This document shows, piece by piece, positions 59,305 through 64,000 of a stretch of 64,000 nucleotides of DNA (position 1 is the stretch's first letter; each line of letters opens with the position of its first letter). A program made the translations under genes and the position numbers. This stretch comes from an uncultured bacterium (GTDB lineage: Bacteria > Omnitrophota > Omnitrophia > Omnitrophales > Aquincolibacteriaceae), in NCBI GenBank assembly GCA_964410905.1, contig CAYPIR010000005.1:33938-97937 (forward strand), read 5' to 3'. The notes under the pieces are model-generated. The model saw nothing but the letters and a program-made list of their open reading frames with translations. It was not told the DNA's origin and made no database searches.

Positions 59305-60219
59305 TTAAGTATTGTTTAGGTTATTTGATGAAAAGTTGGAACATTCTGAACTCTTAGATTTCCCAAGAACTGAAAATGACTCTCTCGCGTGATAAGAACT
59401 TCGGACATACGAACCCGCCTTCACGCCGCTGAAACCCATCGCCTTTAATTTTTTCGCAAGATCGTCAAATTTTTCTGGTGAAATATATTCTTGAACTTCG
59501 AGGCTTTGCGCGTTGGGCTGTAGGTATTGACCTAGCGTCAGCAAACTTACACCCACGGACAAAAGATGTCGCCCTGTTTCAAGCACCTCAGGAACAGTTT
59601 CGCCAAGACCCAGCATCAGTCCGCTTTTTGTAACGCATAACGGATTTAGGCGTTTCGCGATTTCCAGAACTTGAAGCGAGCGATAATAACCCGCTTGAGG
59701 CCGAGCCAAAGTCTGCAGTCTCTCAACCGTTTCCAGATTATGATTAAACACATTCACATTGGTGTCCGTAACTTTTTTCAAAAGTTCTTCGCGCGCGTGA
59801 AAATCGGGCGTCAAAACCTCAACTTCCGAATCTGGAATTTCACGCTTAATGGCACAAACCGTTCTGGCATAATGTCCCGCCCCTTCATCGGGCAAATCAT
59901 CACGCGTTACAGACGTTACAACCACATAACGCAATCCAAGTTCTTTTACGGCAAACGCCACGCGTTCCGGCTCGTCCGCTCTTAAATCTTCCGCTCGTCC
60001 GCTTGGAACAGCGCAAAATTTACAATGGCGAGTACAAATCCCGCCCAAAATCATAAATGTAGCGGTTTCCTTTGAATAACATTCGTGGCTATTTGGACAT
60101 CGTGCCGAGCGGCAAACCGTGTTGAGTTCGTATTTTTGCAAAATAGCGTGTGTTCTCTGGGAAGAATCTTTAGGGAGGGAACGCCTCAACCAGTCTGGAA
60201 ACCGTCTAAAATTCCGCAC
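59305..60219 (-). CDS. lipA: Lipoyl synthase (radical SAM), with a short C-terminal extension
   Basis: Motifs CPNSHEC...GICTRHCKFCAV (two Fe-S Cys clusters). The start is GTG, preceded by AGGAAA. Confidence 0.9.
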   Translation of the reverse strand: MRNFRRFPDWLRRSLPKDSSQRTHAILQKYELNTVCRSARCPNSHECYSKETATFMILGGICTRHCKFCAVPSGRAEDLRADEPERVAFAVKELGLRYVVVTSVTRDDLPDEGAGHYARTVCAIKREIPDSEVEVLTPDFHAREELLKKVTDTNVNVFNHNLETVERLQTLARPQAGYYRSLQVLEIAKRLNPLCVTKSGLMLGLGETVPEVLETGRHLLSVGVSLLTLGQYLQPNAQSLEVQEYISPEKFDDLAKKLKAMGFSGVKAGSYVRSSYHARESFSVLGKSKSSECSNFSSNNLNNT

Positions 60220-60272
60220 TTTTATTTCCTATTATTTTGTGTATTCGCTGCAAGATTATTTCAAAATTCAAA

Positions 60273-61844
60273 CTATAATTGCATGCTGTCTTTCCCGCGT
60301 TGAAAAGAGGTCCGCGGCAAGGATTTTTTATCCGTGTCCAATACCGCCGACTCACTGCCTAAAAACATAATTAGTTTTTGAAGCCCTTGTCTGACCGTAT
60401 CGACAATGCGAATCCACTCGCCAAGCTCGCGAGTCGCGGCCGCGGTTTTTCTATCCGCGCGGCTTTTATATCTGCGGTGTTCATCTTCTAATTTCGCGAG
60501 TCTGGATTCTTGGTCTGCCAGTTGCGCGTGGTATTCTTGCTTGATAGTCGCGCGCTCTTGAACAAGCTGCGCGTGCTCTTTTTTAACCGCCTCTGCCGCC
60601 TGCAATTTTTGCGCTAGTTCCAGTATTTGTTTTTCAAAAAGCGATAACGCGGCATCACGAGATTTTAATGACTCTTCCATGCCGCCAAGAGTTTTTTCCA
60701 ATCCCGACGCTTTTAAAATCCATTCTTTTTCTCTTAAGCTGACAGCGTCAAACTCGCGTTTGGCATTCTCAATATTCTTTTCTAGTTCTTGAATTCTCGT
60801 TTCAAACTTCGCCTTTTGCTCGTCAAAGCCTCGCGTCTCTTGCTCTAGTTGCAAAATCCTAGATTGACGGCTTTCGTTTTCGCGAGTTGCACCGGCAAAA
60901 TTTTCTTCTACGGATTTAAGTTTGTTCTTCAATTCATTTTTTTCAAAATCGGAATTCTTGATTGCTTCTTCCAATTCAGAAATACGTTTGCGAGACGCAT
61001 CGTCGTCTCCCGCATACGCCGCATGTTCACTAACCGCATTTTCACGCTGTGTTAATTCCTGTATTTTGTTTGAAAGCGCTTCTTTTTCTCGATTCAAATT
61101 TACGATTGCTTCATCTTTCTCATAAACCGTTTTTTCAAGTTGTGAAAGTTTTCCATTCAAAAAATCAATCTTATATTGCCACTCAGCTTCGCTTGCATTC
61201 TTGGCTTCTTCCGCCGCGGATACGGGCAAATCGACAGGAGAGCTTCCCGCAAACTCCTCATTCTCTGTTTTGTTTATTTGAACATCTTCCGCTTCTGTTT
61301 CAATGTCCTCGTCCTTTTTCGACGAAGCAAGATTTTTGCCTTCTTGAAAAAGTTTTAGTTTCTCATTGAGTTCTCGCGTCCTGCGCTCCCACTCATCATC
61401 TTTTTCAATAGTATTCAAGATATTCTCAGCCGGCGGGACAATGGCTTCTTTGCTTTCATTGTTTTCTTTAACAAGTTCGGCAATCGGCTCGACGGGTAAA
61501 TTTTCTTTTATTTTCTTTTTAAAGAATATCGCGAGATCAGGTCTTTCAGGCCAAACTATCTGAAAACAATTTTTCTTTATCATTTGGTGATTAGTAATTT
61601 CCACCACAACCCCGCTCTCCTGAAAAAACTCCTTAACTTGTTTGGCTTCCTCAGAAAAAACATTATCAAGCAGCAAAAGAGGCATATTAGACAACACTTG
61701 CGCGGCATCTTCTGATTCGAGATCAAAATTTTCTTCTAAACTTTTAATCACATTTTTTTTTGTTTTTGATGGAACAGACTGAAAAATAACCGCCCAATCT
61801 GCTTGATTTTGACCCGGAAGATTTTGCGTAGGATTTGAAGCCAT
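60273..61844 (-). CDS. Hypothetical ~520-aa coiled-coil protein whose N-terminal domain resembles the ribosomal L7/L12 C-terminal domain
   Basis: The start is set at ATG 61844 (MASNP...), after GAGGTG. Residues ~30-85 (VIKSLEENFDLESEDAAQVLSNMP...EEAKQVKEFFQESGVVVEI) resemble the L7/L12 CTD. The remaining ~400 aa are heptad-rich with E/K/Q/L and fit SMC-like coiled coil. Confidence 0.5.
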   Translation of the reverse strand: MASNPTQNLPGQNQADWAVIFQSVPSKTKKNVIKSLEENFDLESEDAAQVLSNMPLLLLDNVFSEEAKQVKEFFQESGVVVEITNHQMIKKNCFQIVWPERPDLAIFFKKKIKENLPVEPIAELVKENNESKEAIVPPAENILNTIEKDDEWERRTRELNEKLKLFQEGKNLASSKKDEDIETEAEDVQINKTENEEFAGSSPVDLPVSAAEEAKNASEAEWQYKIDFLNGKLSQLEKTVYEKDEAIVNLNREKEALSNKIQELTQRENAVSEHAAYAGDDDASRKRISELEEAIKNSDFEKNELKNKLKSVEENFAGATRENESRQSRILQLEQETRGFDEQKAKFETRIQELEKNIENAKREFDAVSLREKEWILKASGLEKTLGGMEESLKSRDAALSLFEKQILELAQKLQAAEAVKKEHAQLVQERATIKQEYHAQLADQESRLAKLEDEHRRYKSRADRKTAAATRELGEWIRIVDTVRQGLQKLIMFLGSESAVLDTDKKSLPRTSFQRGKDSMQL

Positions 61845-62009
61845 TGTTTCACCTCTCATTAGAAATAAGCCATTTCTCCTTTAGATTTCGCACATCAATT
61901 GACGGCTAAAATCAAAAAGAATTTAGAAAAGTTCGATACGCCTTGCTATTATATACAGACTATTTCTTTTTTCTAGCAAACTCTCAATAAAATTATTCTT
62001 AAAAATTCG

Positions 62010-63008
62010 ATGTTCAAAATCGGAAAGCTAAAATTAAAATCTCGAGTTTTTCAATCTCCCATGGCAGATTGCACGGATATTGCGTTTCGCGTTATCGCGC
62101 GATCCCTCGGTCTTGAATTCGCGTGGACGGAAATGATTTCCGCGGAAGCTCTTGCGAGACAAAATCGCAAGACGCTCCCTCTTTTAAGACGAGAAAAAAA
62201 TGACTCGCCAATCGGCGCCCAACTGGTAGGCGCAAATCCAGATTCTATGGCAAAATCCGCCGCTATGATTGAAGAAATGGGATTTGATGTTTTAGACATA
62301 AATTGCGGCTGTCCTGTTCCTAAAATTACAAAATTGGGTGCTGGCTCCGCTCTTTTGCGAAATCCGGACCTTGTAAAAAAAATATTTAAATCTGTAATAA
62401 AAAACACGCGAAACATTCCAGTTACTTTAAAAACACGAATCGGCTGGCAGGACTCAAGCGGAAAAGAAGCGTTGCGATTGGGACAAATCGCTCAAGATTT
62501 AGGACTTGCGGCAATTACCATACATGGCAGAACTCGTTCACAAGGTTATTCGGGCAAAGCGGATTGGAAAATTATTTCATTATTAAAAAGTAAATTAACA
62601 ATTCCCGTTTTTGGAAATGGCGATATTTTTTCTCCGCAAGACGCGAAGAAAATGTTTTCAGAAACAAATTGCGATGCCGTAGTTGTCGGACGCGGCGCGC
62701 TTGGCAATCCTTGGATTTATCGCGATATTCAAAATATTTTAGATAATAAAAAAGTCCAAACAATTTCATTTTCCGAAAAGAAAAAAATTCTTTTGAAACA
62801 TTTGCGATTGGAAATTAAATACGAGGGCGAAAAAAACGGAGTTTTAAGAACGCGTAAAATTGCCACTTGGTATTTCAAAGGACTTCCCAATGTTTCAGAG
62901 TTTAGAAACAATATTAATCGCGCTAAAACGTTTGAAGAAATGTCGCGGATAATAAAAACGTTTATTTTTCCCACGCATGATCTGAGAGACAATACAGAAA
63001 AGGCGTAA
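62010..63008 (+). CDS. dusB: tRNA-dihydrouridine synthase
   Basis: Motifs SPMADCTD..FR (FMN binding), NCGCP and ...HGRT. Confidence 0.9.
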   Translation: MFKIGKLKLKSRVFQSPMADCTDIAFRVIARSLGLEFAWTEMISAEALARQNRKTLPLLRREKNDSPIGAQLVGANPDSMAKSAAMIEEMGFDVLDINCGCPVPKITKLGAGSALLRNPDLVKKIFKSVIKNTRNIPVTLKTRIGWQDSSGKEALRLGQIAQDLGLAAITIHGRTRSQGYSGKADWKIISLLKSKLTIPVFGNGDIFSPQDAKKMFSETNCDAVVVGRGALGNPWIYRDIQNILDNKKVQTISFSEKKKILLKHLRLEIKYEGEKNGVLRTRKIATWYFKGLPNVSEFRNNINRAKTFEEMSRIIKTFIFPTHDLRDNTEKA

Positions 63009-63011
63009 AAG

Positions 63012-63590
63012 TTATTTAATTCGGCTTAATTCGAGGGCGAAATCCGTAAAAGCTGCGACTTCTTCTTCGCTGAGGCGAGATAGTTTTAGAAGTTGCCCGG
63101 AAAACGATGGCGAAACCATTGGGTTTTCAACGCTGACGCGCGTCGTCGCCGCCAAGCTGCGCGAGGAGTCCCATTTGCAAAGATGCATATCAAGAGTTTT
63201 TTTATCTGTATTTCTTCCGGCATATTCAAAGAAACAAATTTCATTGCCGAGCGCGGAAAGTCTCGCGCTCATTTTCGAGTCAAGTTCGGGAGCGAACAAA
63301 CAAAGCATAGCATCGGCGGGCATCATCATCTGCAGCTTCCTAATTTCACGATAAATTTCTTCAAATGAAAAATCTTTCATAGAACGATAAAAAACTCTAG
63401 CCCAAATCTTAGCGTCTTTGCTTTTAAAAATAAACGGCGACTCAATCTCATCTTCCAATTCTTCTAAAACAATTTCGTCGGAATAAAACTCGCTAATAGA
63501 AGTTCGTATGGATTTGAAAATTTTATCACGGACATTTTGGGACGCCTGGGTTATCACGGTCTCACCTCTTGAGGTTCTTTTGCCCCGCAC
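63012..63590 (-). CDS. Hypothetical protein, 192 aa, no recognisable domain
   Basis: The ORF overlaps the upstream MinD-like gene by 37 nt, so it is probably co-translated. No motif was assigned. Confidence 0.4.
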   Translation of the reverse strand: MRGKRTSRGETVITQASQNVRDKIFKSIRTSISEFYSDEIVLEELEDEIESPFIFKSKDAKIWARVFYRSMKDFSFEEIYREIRKLQMMMPADAMLCLFAPELDSKMSARLSALGNEICFFEYAGRNTDKKTLDMHLCKWDSSRSLAATTRVSVENPMVSPSFSGQLLKLSRLSEEEVAAFTDFALELSRIK

Positions 63591-64000
63591 GACTTTTGAG
63601 TTTTTTCAATCCAATTCGCTAAAATCGCGCGCGGCAAACTTGGTTGGCTTGCCCAAGCCTGATATTTCAAAAGTTCCACCTCAAGCGAGGAAGAAAAATG
63701 CTTATGAGGATCAGCTAAATTCATCCAGCCAAGCCAATTAACGCGCGTCTTTAGATACCGTTCGACAAGTTCGGAAAACCTTTCAAAAATAAGTTCGCCT
63801 TTTGCGCTATGCACAACGCCTTCCAACGCGACATAACATTCCAAATAAGGATTAATTCCAAGCGCTGCTTTAATCATCTTATAACCTTCTTCTATCGATT
63901 CTGCGTCAGGACGAAGCAACAGCACCCATTTATCTAAAACCGTCATCAGTTGTTCGCAATGCAAAAGATGCCTGTATTCAAAATCGATAAAAACATCGCG
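63554..64000 (-). CDS. MinD/ParA/FlhG-family P-loop ATPase, C-terminal part; the gene continues beyond the window edge
   Basis: The frame is open to position 64000 (...RDVFIDFEYRHLL...). LLLRPDAESIEEGYKMIKAALGINPYLECYVALEGV resembles the MinD/FlhG region after switch II. Confidence 0.5.
   Translation of the reverse strand, partial: RDVFIDFEYRHLLHCEQLMTVLDKWVLLLRPDAESIEEGYKMIKAALGINPYLECYVALEGVVHSAKGELIFERFSELVERYLKTRVNWLGWMNLADPHKHFSSSLEVELLKYQAWASQPSLPRAILANWIEKTQKSCGAKEPQEVRP

Noticed and set aside
63012-63590. PilZ c-di-GMP receptor assignment for the 192-aa protein
   Set aside because: An RxxxR-like stretch is present at the N-terminus. The (D/N)xSxGG motif is absent and the spacing is wrong.

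Overview
This window looks like a compact bacterial chromosome segment of moderate GC, probably from an anaerobe. It encodes 2-oxoacid:ferredoxin oxidoreductase genes and shows a decaying sulfate-uptake operon beside an intact cysK. Almost every gene is on the minus strand, and genes are tightly packed, often with 4-nt overlaps. There are no rRNA genes, CRISPR arrays, transposases or integrases. Most of the window is recognisable housekeeping, in minus-strand order from the right edge to the left: a partial MinD/ParA-like ATPase, a hypothetical protein, dusB (+), a coiled-coil protein, lipA, a small lipoyl-domain-like protein, a class-I aminotransferase, murI, queC, queE, rph, rdgB, tilS, accD, an orphan MalK-type ATPase, two tandem GGDEF diguanylate cyclases, and lptD. 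Next comes a nucleotide-sugar cluster (ugd, rfbA, rfbB, rfbD, a UDP-glucuronate decarboxylase, a DegT aminotransferase, gmhB) with a 3-subunit 2-oxoacid:ferredoxin oxidoreductase embedded in it. Then an MGDG-synthase-like glycosyltransferase, a family-4 uracil-DNA glycosylase, priA, azoR, def, fmt, gap-pgk-tpiA-secG, recG, rsmD, coaD, yceD-rpmF-plsX-fabH-fabD-fabG-acpP-fabF, a sulfur cluster, rpsB-tsf-pyrH-frr and tRNA-Lys(UUU). The sulfur cluster has two CymR-like Rrf2 regulators, cysK and a trans-sulfuration PLP enzyme, plus a sulfate ABC transporter operon (sbp-cysT-cysW-cysA) that is visibly decayed. Left of the tRNA is an accessory, translationally coupled operon: DUF134 regulator, ArsM arsenite methyltransferase, TolC, an HME-type RND pump with no adaptor gene, a DUF2892 membrane protein and a C_GCAxxG_C_C protein. 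A sigma-factor fragment and a (CTTG)7 microsatellite follow at the left edge. Items for follow-up include a lysine-less lipoyl/biotinyl-like domain protein next to lipA, a ~500-bp GC-rich non-coding region between rrf2 and fabF, and a coiled-coil protein with an L7/L12-CTD-like N-terminus.
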